From a virus: DNA of 64,000 nt. This document shows, piece by piece, positions 1 through 9,011 of this stretch. The notes under the pieces are model-generated. The model saw only the letters and a list, made by a program, of their open reading frames with translations, made no database searches and was not told where the DNA came from. Where the stretch lies: the IMG/VR virus record IMGVR_UViG_3300042988_001343, positions 1 through 64,000 of that record. One strand, given 5' to 3'. Numbering within the stretch: position 1 is the stretch's first letter; each line of letters begins with the position of its first letter. A program made the position numbers and the translations under genes.

Positions 1-72
1 CTGAAGTGCAAAGGTTCAATCTCTTATGAAATCGGAGAACCTGACATTCTAGCACACGGTGGTATTTCTCGT

Positions 73-483
73 ATGACTGGACTACAGTCATCAGTAAGTG
101 TATCTTCCATCATCTGTCTAAAGGGTCACTTCAAGCGTAAAGACAAAGTTACATTGAACAATGCAAATCTATTTGCACGTGACTTGAGAACATGTGGCTA
201 CTGTGGTAAGCAATTCATGGAAGCTAAACTTTCACGTGATCACATTATTCCTCGTAGTCGTGGTGGTAAAGATATTTGGACTAATGTTGTAACTGCATGT
301 AAGGCTTGTAATTGTCATAAAGACAACATGACTCCTCAAGAAGCAGATATGCCACTTCTGTATGTTCCATATGAACCAAGTCATGCAGAATCACTTATTC
401 TGAAAAACCGTAGAGTACTTGCTGATCAAATGGAATTTTTGCTAGCATTTGTACCGTCACATTCTAGGTTGCATAAGCTGTAG
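73..483 (+). CDS. HNH endonuclease; ORF is open to window start so 5' end may be truncated
   Basis: CGYCG...DHIIPRSRGG...N..C..CN HNH/zinc motif; frame open from nt 1. Confidence 0.7.
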   Translation: MTGLQSSVSVSSIICLKGHFKRKDKVTLNNANLFARDLRTCGYCGKQFMEAKLSRDHIIPRSRGGKDIWTNVVTACKACNCHKDNMTPQEADMPLLYVPYEPSHAESLILKNRRVLADQMEFLLAFVPSHSRLHKL

Positions 484-490
484 AAACCGA

Positions 491-568
491 TTGACAATTA
501 ATTAGTACTCATTTATAATGGGATGGTAATCGAGAGATACTATCCCATTTGTTTTTGGAGTATTAAAA
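491..568 (+). promoter_or_regulatory. sigma70-type early promoter cassette (PeSL-like) with hairpin
   Basis: TTGACA 491-496, 17 nt spacer, TATAAT 514-519; inverted repeat gggatggta/tactatccc follows. Confidence 0.6.
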
Positions 569-718
569 ATGATCAAACATCTATACGATATCCTTGTTGC
601 AAGAAAAGCACTCCGTACATTAAGCCTTTTCTTGGATCGTAATCCCAGTCTTGGTACTTCTACTGCAGAATACAAAAAGATTGTAGAAACAATGGATATT
701 TTGAGGAAGTACTCATGA
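569..718 (+). CDS. small hypothetical protein (49 aa)
   Basis: ATG after promoter; ATGA overlap with next ORF. Confidence 0.4.
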   Translation: MIKHLYDILVARKALRTLSLFLDRNPSLGTSTAEYKKIVETMDILRKYS

Positions 719-1380
719 TGGAAAAGCGAGATAAATTGTTTGCTAAATTTGGTGAACCTACATCTCTGGATGAACTTGGTCATTGGGTCATCGAATGTTT
801 AGAGGACTATGAATGTACCTTTTATAGTCAAAGAAAGAATAAAAAATCAAAGCCAGTTGTTTTAGGTTTGGTATGGAAGATTGAGGAGCAAAGGTCGGTT
901 AGTAATAGTCACAATAGACCAATCAATGGTGTTACTAATTGGAGGGCAGAATTGGATAAACCTAAGGGATATCCTGGGTTTTATGGTAGAGTTTGGGTAA
1001 GATATTCTAGTACTCTAGATGGATTTGGAAGTGATCCATTTGGAAATACATTTACTCATACTGGAACTGGTGGATTTGGTGCATATGATGGAATATGGAA
1101 AGATGTTTGTTCAGCACACTGGAAACGTCATGGTCATAGGAAATTGAGTAAATTAGATTATCCAGAGACCCAATGCTATTCTTGGGATTATCGATTTTTC
1201 CTTAGCGATTTTCCAAAGCTACAAGAAACCATCGAACAAGAGAAGTTGTTGAAACAGATAGGTGAAGATCATAGTCCAATTGCACACTATTTTCTTTGGG
1301 AAGATCCAGTGACGGTAGCTGCAGATAAAGCATTTATTGAGGAAACCAATAAAATCCTTCAATCCACGAGTAAATCATGA
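715..1380 (+). CDS. hypothetical protein
   Basis: 221 aa ORF, translational coupling (ATGA) to next gene. Confidence 0.55.
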   Translation: MMEKRDKLFAKFGEPTSLDELGHWVIECLEDYECTFYSQRKNKKSKPVVLGLVWKIEEQRSVSNSHNRPINGVTNWRAELDKPKGYPGFYGRVWVRYSSTLDGFGSDPFGNTFTHTGTGGFGAYDGIWKDVCSAHWKRHGHRKLSKLDYPETQCYSWDYRFFLSDFPKLQETIEQEKLLKQIGEDHSPIAHYFLWEDPVTVAADKAFIEETNKILQSTSKS

Positions 1381-1706
1381 GTTTCAAAACTAAAATCAGA
1401 ATGGACCAAATCAACTGGGGTCCAAAAGAATGTGATCGATTAGCTGCAGTCATCTTTGCCAAAGAATTAAGAGAAATGGGTTATATCAAGACAAGTAATG
1501 CTTATTGTAGTGTATCTAGAGTAGATCGTGAAGATTGGCTTGATGTACTAGCTAGAGAGCGTCACTGTAGCAGAGCAGACTTCTATAACTATGACGGATC
1601 TGGTGTTGGACATCAGCACTATGAATATTACTGTCGTGTATACAGTAAAGATACCCTAACTGTACATCCAGAAATTATTAGATGCATGTCTACTATTGAC
1701 TTTTAA
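1377..1706 (+). CDS. hypothetical protein
   Basis: 109 aa ORF. Confidence 0.5.
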   Translation: MSFKTKIRMDQINWGPKECDRLAAVIFAKELREMGYIKTSNAYCSVSRVDREDWLDVLARERHCSRADFYNYDGSGVGHQHYEYYCRVYSKDTLTVHPEIIRCMSTIDF

Positions 1707-1754
1707 TAGTACATGAGTTATAATGTTTTTACTTGATAAACTAAAGGAAATAAA
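1696..1754 (+). promoter_or_regulatory. sigma70-type early promoter
   Basis: TTGACT 1696-1701, 17 nt, TATAAT 1719-1724. Confidence 0.55.
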
Positions 1755-2240
1755 ATGTTTGGTTATGTAAAAGAAAGTAAGATGCAAGTTGTTATCGATG
1801 GACTTCGGTCTCGTGCAGAGTGTGCTGAAGTTAAAGCAAAGAAGTTAGAAGCCGAAGTAAAGTCACTCAAACAACAATTGGCGGCTGCTCACAGTGCACT
1901 ACAGACTGCACGAGACAACAGTCTAGCTAAACCACTCCAAGTAGAACGAATTAAAGAAACTCCGGCAGTTGGATATCCAGTTTACAATTACCCAAGTACA
2001 GCACCAGCCCCAATCTTTGTACCTGATACCACAATCTACAATACACCCGTATTTGAAGCACCTATCGATCCTGTTGACTTTAATAAAGTAAGTACAGTAA
2101 AGGAAGAAGTTTCCTCATATGTTGCTCCTTCTAAGTCATACGATTTTGGTTCAGACTCTAGTTCCTCTTGGAGTAGCTCAGATTCCTCAAGTTCTTACTC
2201 ATCAAGTGATTCTGGTAGCTCAAGTTCTAGCAGTGATTAA
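1755..2240 (+). CDS. hypothetical protein with Ser-rich low-complexity C-terminus
   Basis: 161 aa ORF; C-terminal SSSWSSSDSSSSYSSSDSGSSSSSSD. Confidence 0.55.
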   Translation: MFGYVKESKMQVVIDGLRSRAECAEVKAKKLEAEVKSLKQQLAAAHSALQTARDNSLAKPLQVERIKETPAVGYPVYNYPSTAPAPIFVPDTTIYNTPVFEAPIDPVDFNKVSTVKEEVSSYVAPSKSYDFGSDSSSSWSSSDSSSSYSSSDSGSSSSSSD

Positions 2241-2254
2241 TTTTCTGTAACCTA

Positions 2255-2315
2255 TTGACATTATTTCTCCTGTGAGTTATAATTAACCCATAGATTGATT
2301 AACAGGAGAAACAAA
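2255..2315 (+). promoter_or_regulatory. PeSL-like early promoter cassette (subfamily tagattgatYaacaggagaaacaaaATG)
   Basis: TTGACA 2255-2260, TATAAT 2278-2283; inverted repeat ttctcctgt/acaggagaa brackets -10 and supplies SD. Confidence 0.65.
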
Positions 2316-2681
2316 ATGGCACGAGAAGCTAAAGAACAACGGTTGGCCCGCGAAGCTGCTGAAAATGCTGCATATGAAGCTGAACAGAAAGCCACTTATC
2401 CTCAGCGCTTGATGGCCATGCTTGAACGTGCTACCAAGGTTGATTTTGAACTCACTGTCCAAAGTGGGTGGTTTGTTGTTACAGAACGCAATAATCGTGA
2501 CAAAGAGGAATATGAATTCAGTCTCGAATATGGCGCAACAAATGAATCCAATTTAGAGGGACTGGGGTGGGATGTACGATACAAAGAGCAGGAACAAGAG
2601 GAAGCACAACGTAAGTATCAACTTCGCCAAAATGCACTAGCTAAATTGTCCAAAGAAGAACGTGAAGAGTTGGGAGTATAA
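2316..2681 (+). CDS. hypothetical protein (acidic/coiled)
   Basis: ATG 2316 with AGGAGA SD; ORF-track start 2295 is TTG inside promoter cassette. Confidence 0.55.
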   Translation: MAREAKEQRLAREAAENAAYEAEQKATYPQRLMAMLERATKVDFELTVQSGWFVVTERNNRDKEEYEFSLEYGATNESNLEGLGWDVRYKEQEQEEAQRKYQLRQNALAKLSKEEREELGV

Positions 2682-2682
2682 A

Positions 2683-2979
2683 ATGACAAGTCCACGGGAA
2701 GATGTTGCTCAAGAATTATTGGAAACCATCAAATTCGGTGGTTTGGATGAAGTTTATGGTGCATCACTCTCAAAAGAAGTTGATGCAAAGGGTAAATCAT
2801 TCTACTCAGTAACATTCTGCAAATCCCGTGTACTTGATGGTGTCATCAAGGTATATTCAGAACGATTTGTGATGGTAAAATGGCAGACTCAGTATCGGGA
2901 TCTTCCGGCAAAGGGTCAGGTTGTATGTAAGAATTCTTGGGATGCAAAATCCTTAATTCAATCTTTTATTCGGGCTTAA
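2683..2979 (+). CDS. hypothetical protein
   Basis: ATG 2683 after GGAG; ORF. Confidence 0.5.
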   Translation: MTSPREDVAQELLETIKFGGLDEVYGASLSKEVDAKGKSFYSVTFCKSRVLDGVIKVYSERFVMVKWQTQYRDLPAKGQVVCKNSWDAKSLIQSFIRA

Positions 2980-2980
2980 C

Positions 2981-3649
2981 ATGAAACTTTCTAAATTTAC
3001 ATCTAAGACTCAGATGTTGAAGTATCTGCAATCGATGATTAAAGATATTGATATGTTTGATGTTTCTGTACTTGGTGAAGTATTATCAGTTGAGAAAGTA
3101 TCCCAAAGTAAAACAGCAGATGAACTTGCCGAGTTGATTTATGTAACAGAAAAGAAATTCATCCACGGCACATTGATGCATCGATATCAGCATCTGTATA
3201 GTAACATTTCAGCTAATAATGTAGGTAATACAATCCAAGCCATTATTGATGAAGCACTAATCCATAAAGGAAATCTTGGTGAAATTGTAGCATCAGAAGT
3301 ACTTGACTGTATTCTACACGAAAGTCGAGTACAAAAAGGTAGTGACATGACTGCAAAGGATGGCACGAAAGTTGAAGTAAAATATGTCCGTATGACTTCA
3401 ATGAAGAATGGTAAAGGTAAAAATCTAAGTGCAACAATTGGTAGTACATCAAGTAGGCTGGATCGTAAAGAAGGTGACCTAGCCATTGTAATGCCATGGC
3501 ACGACGGTAAAGTATATCTATCAGTACTTCCAGAACAGATTTGGCGGCCACTTGTAAGTAAACAAGGTCAGATTCAACTCACAGCAACAAATCCCAAAAT
3601 GAAAATTGTACAATCTTATTGGAAAGAAATCCATGCAACAGCAATTTAA
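2981..3649 (+). CDS. hypothetical protein
   Basis: 222 aa ORF. Confidence 0.55.
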   Translation: MKLSKFTSKTQMLKYLQSMIKDIDMFDVSVLGEVLSVEKVSQSKTADELAELIYVTEKKFIHGTLMHRYQHLYSNISANNVGNTIQAIIDEALIHKGNLGEIVASEVLDCILHESRVQKGSDMTAKDGTKVEVKYVRMTSMKNGKGKNLSATIGSTSSRLDRKEGDLAIVMPWHDGKVYLSVLPEQIWRPLVSKQGQIQLTATNPKMKIVQSYWKEIHATAI

Positions 3650-3781
3650 TGATCCAGATGTAGTTGTAGAAAAAGTCATCGAGTTTAAAGTATATCTGGA
3701 AGGTCAACTCAGAGCACACAATATGGCTTTGATGACTCAAGATGTACTCGATTCCATCAATAAAATCCTACTGGATAAAAA

Positions 3782-4225
3782 ATGAAATTTTACGACCTCT
3801 CCGAATCCAATCAAAATCAACTGTTGAATGCTACTCAATATCTGATGTCGACAGTATTCAATGTATATGGTAAAGAGGAGGGTGAGCGGGTATGGGGTGA
3901 AATTTCGGATGTACTTGGTGAGGGAGTCCGAGCAGAGATTTTGATGCGGGCACTATCTGGGAAAGCCATTCCTAATACTAAAATGTGCCTAGTTAAAATT
4001 ATACCAGGTGGACAAGGGAAATATTCTAACCAAACCAATCGAGTAGCTTTCATCAAAAAGATGAGGGAAGTTTCAGGATGTGGTCTTAAAGAGGCAATTG
4101 ATGCTGGAAATATGCTTGACGGTGGCAATGAAGTCAGACTTGAGATGGAGACTAAAAACTTCAATGATTATGAACACTACCTTCGACAATTTGGTATGAC
4201 TATTGAGTTCACTATTGACAATTAA
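3782..4225 (+). CDS. protein with ribosomal L7/L12 C-terminal-domain-like region
   Basis: VAFIKKMREVSGCGLKEAIDAGN resembles L7/L12 CTD [23 protein letters not shown]. Confidence 0.45.
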   Translation: MKFYDLSESNQNQLLNATQYLMSTVFNVYGKEEGERVWGEISDVLGEGVRAEILMRALSGKAIPNTKMCLVKIIPGGQGKYSNQTNRVAFIKKMREVSGCGLKEAIDAGNMLDGGNEVRLEMETKNFNDYEHYLRQFGMTIEFTIDN

Positions 4226-4272
4226 TTGTTCTTTGTATACTATAGACTCATAGATAAACAAGGAGCAATAAA
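4215..4272 (+). promoter_or_regulatory. sigma70-type early promoter
   Basis: TTGACA 4215-4220, 17 nt, TACTAT 4238-4243. Confidence 0.5.
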
Positions 4273-4485
4273 ATGAAAGTCAAAGGTTATATTGTTAGTT
4301 ACTGGTACCAAATTCCCGGTTGGGATGAATTTGGTAAAGAAGAAATGGATTTTGTGACAATCAAAGCTGATTCTGTAGATGAAGCAAAATCTATTTTTAA
4401 TGAAATGGTAAAACATGAACAAGCTAAGAGAACTCGTGCTTCTCTTAGATTTTCTTTGGTTGTCGATTCTATCAAAGAGCTTTAA
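4273..4485 (+). CDS. hypothetical protein
   Basis: 70 aa ORF with SD AAGGAG. Confidence 0.5.
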   Translation: MKVKGYIVSYWYQIPGWDEFGKEEMDFVTIKADSVDEAKSIFNEMVKHEQAKRTRASLRFSLVVDSIKEL

Positions 4486-4486
4486 A

Positions 4487-5020
4487 ATGGAACTTAGGAA
4501 ACATCTACTATTAAGATACTTCGACTTAAATAAGTATCCAAATGTTTCCTTATCAGAGGATTCGGCAACGTTTCCTCTTTTTAATCTGTCTGGAAGGATG
4601 GTTGGTTATCAGCATTATGCACCAAATAATCCTAAGGTACATTTGGATGACCCTAAATTAGCTAGGTATTATACATGGGTAACGAAACCATGTGCTAGCA
4701 AGACAGCAGAACTTGCCGTTTGGGGACTTGAAACATATGATCCATATCAACCTTTGTTTTTGACAGAGGGTGTTTTTGATGCATGCCGATTACATTGGAA
4801 TGGTTTAAATGCCGTTGCATGTCTCGGTTGTAACCCTGTTCATCTACGATCTTGGTTGAGTGCTCTACCAAATCATAAGGTTGCATGTGTTCAAGGAGAC
4901 AAGGCAGGATTGATGTTAGCTGATTATGGTGATAGCTGTGTATATCTACCAGAAGGTAAAGATGTTGGTGATTTAACTGAAGAAGAATTTGGAGAATATT
5001 TTGCACGATATGTTAGGTAA
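4487..5020 (+). CDS. Toprim-domain protein
   Basis: LFLTEGVFDA...NAVACLG...VQGDKAG resembles Toprim E / DxD motifs. Confidence 0.4.
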   Translation: MELRKHLLLRYFDLNKYPNVSLSEDSATFPLFNLSGRMVGYQHYAPNNPKVHLDDPKLARYYTWVTKPCASKTAELAVWGLETYDPYQPLFLTEGVFDACRLHWNGLNAVACLGCNPVHLRSWLSALPNHKVACVQGDKAGLMLADYGDSCVYLPEGKDVGDLTEEEFGEYFARYVR

Positions 5021-5222
5021 TCCAATCATCGATGGTGCTAAAGTAGCTAGAGCAATCAACAATGGTGGAATGGCATATATAAAGGTATGCACAGCAAACA
5101 TTAGATATAACAAAGTCTATATAGACGGATCCAAACAACCTCTGGCTTATCCAGAGCGACTTCTAGTATTAAATCCAGATGTATTGTATTCGATGATTAA
5201 AAATTATGAAGGAGAAAATTAA
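5010..5222 (+). CDS. hypothetical protein
   Basis: ORF; first ATG at 5010. Confidence 0.4.
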   Translation: MLGNPIIDGAKVARAINNGGMAYIKVCTANIRYNKVYIDGSKQPLAYPERLLVLNPDVLYSMIKNYEGEN

Positions 5223-6046
5223 TGGCTATTGATATGTTGCCAACAGTTAAAAATATTGTTGCCGTATCTTCCGGCAAGGGAGGTGTTGGCAAAAGTACAG
5301 TTGCTGCTAATCTAGCACTAGCACTTAATAAACTAGGTAAAACAGTTGGTCTACTTGATGCAGATATCTATGGACCAAGTCAACCTCAGATGATGGGGAT
5401 ATCTGACCAAAAACCAACAAAGATTGAGGATAAAATCATTCCTCTAGAGTCACATGGGATTAAGGTTAACAGTATTGGATTCAGTATCGATGTAGCTACT
5501 CCAGTAGCTTGGCGTGGCCCTATGATTGTACAAGCACTTGAACAGATGCTCATGCAGACAGAGTGGGGTGATATTGACTTCTTGGTCATCGATATGCCAC
5601 CTGGTACTGGAGATATTCAGATTGCACTTGCTCAAAAGTTTAACCTAGCCGGAGCAGTAATTGTAACAACTCCACAGAACATTGCCATCATTGATGTCAT
5701 CAAGGGCTTTAAAATGTTCGAAGCTGCAAAGGTACCTATCCTAGGTGTTGTAGAAAATATGTCTACTCACACATGTAAGAATTGTGGTCATGAGGAACAC
5801 ATCTTCGGTTCTGGTGGTGCAGAACTATTGGAATCGGAGTACGGTATTAAGATTCTTGGTAGTCTACCGTTGAATTCAGATATTCGACACTATGCCGATG
5901 CTGGTGCACCTACTGTTGTTGGTGATCCTGACTCTAAAGCCGCGGCTGTGTATGTAAGTATTGCTGAACAGATCGTACCGCCTCTTGAAGAAGCATGGAA
6001 GATCAAACAAGAGAAAATAGAGGCAATGAAGCCTAAGATTCAATAA
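5222..6046 (+). CDS. Mrp/ApbC/NBP35-family Fe-S cluster carrier ATPase
   Basis: deviant Walker A SSGKGGVGKST; C-terminal CKNCGHEEHIFG CxxC motif. Confidence 0.8.
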   Translation: MAIDMLPTVKNIVAVSSGKGGVGKSTVAANLALALNKLGKTVGLLDADIYGPSQPQMMGISDQKPTKIEDKIIPLESHGIKVNSIGFSIDVATPVAWRGPMIVQALEQMLMQTEWGDIDFLVIDMPPGTGDIQIALAQKFNLAGAVIVTTPQNIAIIDVIKGFKMFEAAKVPILGVVENMSTHTCKNCGHEEHIFGSGGAELLESEYGIKILGSLPLNSDIRHYADAGAPTVVGDPDSKAAAVYVSIAEQIVPPLEEAWKIKQEKIEAMKPKIQ

Positions 6047-6078
6047 CACAAAGGACCGAAAGGTCCTTTTATTTTGTA
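6047..6078 (+). terminator. rho-independent terminator
   Basis: hairpin aaaggaccgaaaggtccttt followed by ttattttg. Confidence 0.7.
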
Positions 6079-6085
6079 CAACCTA

Positions 6086-6145
6086 TTTACAAATATTACT
6101 CTCTTTGTTATAATGAACTCAATCGATCAAACACTGGAGTAGAAA
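6086..6145 (+). promoter_or_regulatory. PeSL-like early promoter (subfamily gaactcaatcgat)
   Basis: TTTACA 6086-6091, 17 nt, TATAAT 6109-6114, GAACTCAATCGATCAAACA leader. Confidence 0.6.
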
Positions 6146-6547
6146 ATGTACAGCCTAATTGAACTTACAAATGATGCAGGTTGCCATGGTGGCTTTTATA
6201 TTTTCACAGTAATCACATCCATTTGGTTGGTTGTTGCATGGTGGTGTTGGGAAGATTCTCCAATGTTTTCTGTCGTGTCTAGTGGAATTATGATTGCACT
6301 TACTCTCTTCGGTGCTTCTGTTAGTTTTGATCCGAAAAACAACATCCCGATGGTCAATACACCAGTTACTGCTAAATTTGTAAAATATGTAGCTGAAGAA
6401 CAAACTTACAAATGTGGAACAAAGAATATGTCTACTTGTTACACTAGCAAGGTTTATGGTCAATTTGAAACTCCTGAAGGTATGGTTGCTTTAGAAGTAA
6501 ACAAGAATGTACCTATCCCGACATATGTAACTTTGTACAAGAACTAA
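6146..6547 (+). CDS. membrane protein
   Basis: two hydrophobic helices near N-terminus. Confidence 0.5.
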   Translation: MYSLIELTNDAGCHGGFYIFTVITSIWLVVAWWCWEDSPMFSVVSSGIMIALTLFGASVSFDPKNNIPMVNTPVTAKFVKYVAEEQTYKCGTKNMSTCYTSKVYGQFETPEGMVALEVNKNVPIPTYVTLYKN

Positions 6548-6549
6548 TT

Positions 6550-6798
6550 ATGGACCAATTAGAAGAGTTACTCAAGAAGTTATGGGAAAGACACTATAGA
6601 GCAAATTCAATACAATCGAAGGCTATGTACTACGGTGTACCAGAATTATCCTCAGTACACAAAAGGACATACTCTAGAAAGACATTTGAGGATATGCTCT
6701 TTGCAGAAGGAATTTACCTAAAACAAGTAAACGGTAAGATATATCCAGAAGGCCTAAGTGAAGATCAGTTATTGTTGTTCATGTTGAGAAATTTATAG
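6550..6798 (+). CDS. hypothetical protein
   Basis: 82 aa ORF. Confidence 0.45.
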   Translation: MDQLEELLKKLWERHYRANSIQSKAMYYGVPELSSVHKRTYSRKTFEDMLFAEGIYLKQVNGKIYPEGLSEDQLLLFMLRNL

Positions 6799-6805
6799 TA
6801 ACAGA

Positions 6806-6869
6806 TTGACATTTATTGTTCTACTTGATACTATTAACTCATGGGAAATACAACACAAGGTAGAACGAA
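6806..6869 (+). promoter_or_regulatory. sigma70-type early promoter with imperfect inverted repeat
   Basis: TTGACA 6806-6811, 17 nt, TACTAT 6829-6834; gttctacttg/caaggtagaac. Confidence 0.55.
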
Positions 6870-7052
6870 ATGTGGGTAGTATACAAACAAGATTCTTTAA
6901 AGATCCGTCCTAGCAAAGTGATCGAACAACTCTGCAAGACCAAGAAGGAAGCAGAAAGTGTAGCCAAGTATGAATCTAAATGGCGAGGAGTATACGGTTA
7001 TAAATTCACTGTGGAAGAACTCTTTTTCGACTATGAAGGATTGGCAAAATGA
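6870..7052 (+). CDS. hypothetical protein
   Basis: 60 aa ORF. Confidence 0.45.
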   Translation: MWVVYKQDSLKIRPSKVIEQLCKTKKEAESVAKYESKWRGVYGYKFTVEELFFDYEGLAK

Positions 7053-7240
7053 AAATCTATTCCTCAGAAAAAGTAATTAAAGTCTATGTTGATGTAATTA
7101 CAGATGTTGGTGACTTCAGAGTTTATCCAGACGGTAAAGTTCTCTATTGGGATTATGATTTTTGTGACTATCCTGAGTATGAAGATTACTTTGTCAAAAT
7201 ACAGGCAGAAGGATTCAGGAAATTAGGAGAAACAAAATGA
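7049..7240 (+). CDS. hypothetical protein
   Basis: 63 aa ORF, ATGA coupling. Confidence 0.45.
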   Translation: MKIYSSEKVIKVYVDVITDVGDFRVYPDGKVLYWDYDFCDYPEYEDYFVKIQAEGFRKLGETK

Positions 7241-7379
7241 AGTCTACTTATGAAATTAAAGGATGGTACGGTCACTGGATCATCTTCTGTGATGATGAAC
7301 GGTTACTGATTGATAACAAGAAGTCTTGGTTCACTAAGAAATCATCTGCTGAACAGTATCTAAAATCTATCAAGTAATA
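7239..7379 (+). CDS. small hypothetical protein (46 aa)
   Basis: ATGA-coupled small ORF. Confidence 0.3.
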
Positions 7380-7433
7380 CTAATCTTTTCCCTTTTCTTC
7401 TTAGTTTCTTTCTAGTTACATCTACTCTTTATC

Positions 7434-7456
7434 ATCGACCTCACAAGTCGATTTTA
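7434..7456 (+). terminator. possible weak terminator hairpin
   Basis: atcgac-ctcacaa-gtcgat then tttat. Confidence 0.25.
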
Positions 7457-7510
7457 TCAGAGTTTTTCCTAGTGTCAAAATTAGTTTTACTAAAGAGTTT
7501 TTCCAACCCA

Positions 7511-7545
7511 TTGACATTTATTGTACCAATTGATACTATGAACTC
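7511..7545 (+). promoter_or_regulatory. sigma70-type early promoter
   Basis: TTGACA 7511-7516, 17 nt, TACTAT 7534-7539, GAACTCATG. Confidence 0.55.
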
Positions 7546-7581
7546 ATGATGATTAACAAGACAACGAAAGAGGGAACCAAA

Positions 7582-8043
7582 ATGAAAAAAGGTGAAATGC
7601 TTAGTGCAGCCATTCTAATTGCAACAAATGCCCACGCCGGACAATATGACAAGGGTGGCAAACCATACATCCTGCATCCTCTGGCAGTTGCAGCTCTTTT
7701 GGATCCGGTATATCGGGACGAAGAACTCTACCAAGTAATCGCTATCCTTCATGATGTGATTGAAGATACCAAGGTTACTTACCAAGAACTACGTGATGCT
7801 GGTATTTCTGAACGTGCCATCGATGGTATTAAATCTTTGACAAAAATCCCAGGTCAAACCTTTGAGGAATACAAAGAGGGTGTATTCAGCAACATTGATG
7901 CAATGATTGTCAAGAAAGCTGACCTTACTCATAATACTGATATCCGTAGACTGAAGGGCGTTACTGAAAAAGATTTCGCTCGTATGGTCAAATATCAAAT
8001 GTTCTACTTTGAAATTACACAAAAATTGGCAGATAATGGCTAA
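7582..8043 (+). CDS. small alarmone hydrolase (SpoT/MESH1-like HD-domain (p)ppGpp pyrophosphohydrolase)
   Basis: HAGQYDKGGKPYILHPLAVA...ILHDVIEDT matches RelA/SpoT HD hydrolase motifs; start could be 7546. Confidence 0.7.
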   Translation: MKKGEMLSAAILIATNAHAGQYDKGGKPYILHPLAVAALLDPVYRDEELYQVIAILHDVIEDTKVTYQELRDAGISERAIDGIKSLTKIPGQTFEEYKEGVFSNIDAMIVKKADLTHNTDIRRLKGVTEKDFARMVKYQMFYFEITQKLADNG

Positions 8044-8305
8044 TTTCCTAAATGATGCAGAAGTAAAAGCACTATTACAGGGAGTAGGAATTGATCATCC
8101 AGAACCGGCGCCACTCAACATTTTAGATTGCTTTGATTTTGGTGACAAAAAGTTGTATCATTTGTCAGTCAATAGTACAGAAGCAAATAAACTGATTGAT
8201 GAGCAACCAGGTACTGGTATTAGCACATTTGATAGTGGTAGAGTATTGGTAAGTGAAGAAACAATGCTTTTACTTCAACTGAGGTATGATACTTATGAAG
8301 AATGA
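8036..8305 (+). CDS. hypothetical protein
   Basis: ORF. Confidence 0.45.
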   Translation: MANFLNDAEVKALLQGVGIDHPEPAPLNILDCFDFGDKKLYHLSVNSTEANKLIDEQPGTGISTFDSGRVLVSEETMLLLQLRYDTYEE

Positions 8306-8576
8306 AGAACACTCAACTCAAGAACGATTTTACCTGTTTAGACACACAGGATCTGGTGAAAACATACAGTGGCTTGTTTCTACTGATGGCATGTTTGAGT
8401 CAGATAAAACTTATTGTTATTTGACTCCATCTACAACATTCCTCCGCCGATGTGTACAGTTTGCAGAACCACAAGCCACAAACATCAAAGGAATGCCTAA
8501 GTGGATCTATGTTATAGGTTCTGTTACAGTTACAGTCAATGGTCAGGTACCTTTGGAGATTGTAGAAAATGAGTGA
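8286..8576 (+). CDS. hypothetical protein
   Basis: 96 aa ORF. Confidence 0.45.
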   Translation: MILMKNEEHSTQERFYLFRHTGSGENIQWLVSTDGMFESDKTYCYLTPSTTFLRRCVQFAEPQATNIKGMPKWIYVIGSVTVTVNGQVPLEIVENE

Positions 8577-8757
8577 ATTTAATTATTGTATTGGTAGCTA
8601 CTGGGAGGGTAATTCCGGTAGTATTGGAGTATATGCATACGGATCAGAAGTACACTATGGTACTATTGAAGATGCAACATCATTCTTAGAGTATGTTAAG
8701 AAAAAGTACCCAGGTGAAAATTATCAAATTTTCAAGGTTGTGCCGATTGACAATTAA
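8569..8757 (+). CDS. hypothetical protein
   Basis: 62 aa ORF. Confidence 0.45.
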   Translation: MSEFNYCIGSYWEGNSGSIGVYAYGSEVHYGTIEDATSFLEYVKKKYPGENYQIFKVVPIDN

Positions 8758-8807
8758 TTCTCCTTGAGTTATAATGAACTCATAGATTGATCAACAGGAG
8801 AAACAAA
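8747..8807 (+). promoter_or_regulatory. PeSL-like early promoter (tagattgatcaacaggagaaacaaaATG subfamily)
   Basis: TTGACA 8747-8752, TATAAT 8770-8775. Confidence 0.65.
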
Positions 8808-9011
8808 ATGGACGAAATGAACGAAAATCTGAAACAGGTTTTAGACCAAGCTTCCACTATTCGGTATTCTGGTATGGGTGATACTGTTACTATTGATTAT
8901 GAAAAATTTACTCAGCTGCTGATTGAAAAGTGTGCAGAGGTTGTGGCAGATTTGGATGGTGGGGAAAACATGTTTTCCCGTGGTATCCGTGAATACTTTG
9001 GAGAAAAGTGA
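8808..9011 (+). CDS. hypothetical protein
   Basis: ATG 8808 after AGGAGA. Confidence 0.5.
   Translation: MDEMNENLKQVLDQASTIRYSGMGDTVTIDYEKFTQLLIEKCAEVVADLDGGENMFSRGIREYFGEK

Noticed and set aside
2295-2315. Conserved N-terminal peptide MINRRNKM shared by three ORFs as a possible signal or tag
   Set aside because: It is encoded by the promoter cassette's distal arm. Real starts are downstream ATGs with proper SD spacing.
3187-3551. Minus-strand ORFs overlapping plus-strand genes (also 2402-2584, 3835-4164, 10435-11031, 31779-32707, 46512-46903 and others)
   Set aside because: They lie fully inside better-supported plus-strand genes. They have low-complexity or odd composition and no SD or promoter. 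They are shadow ORFs.
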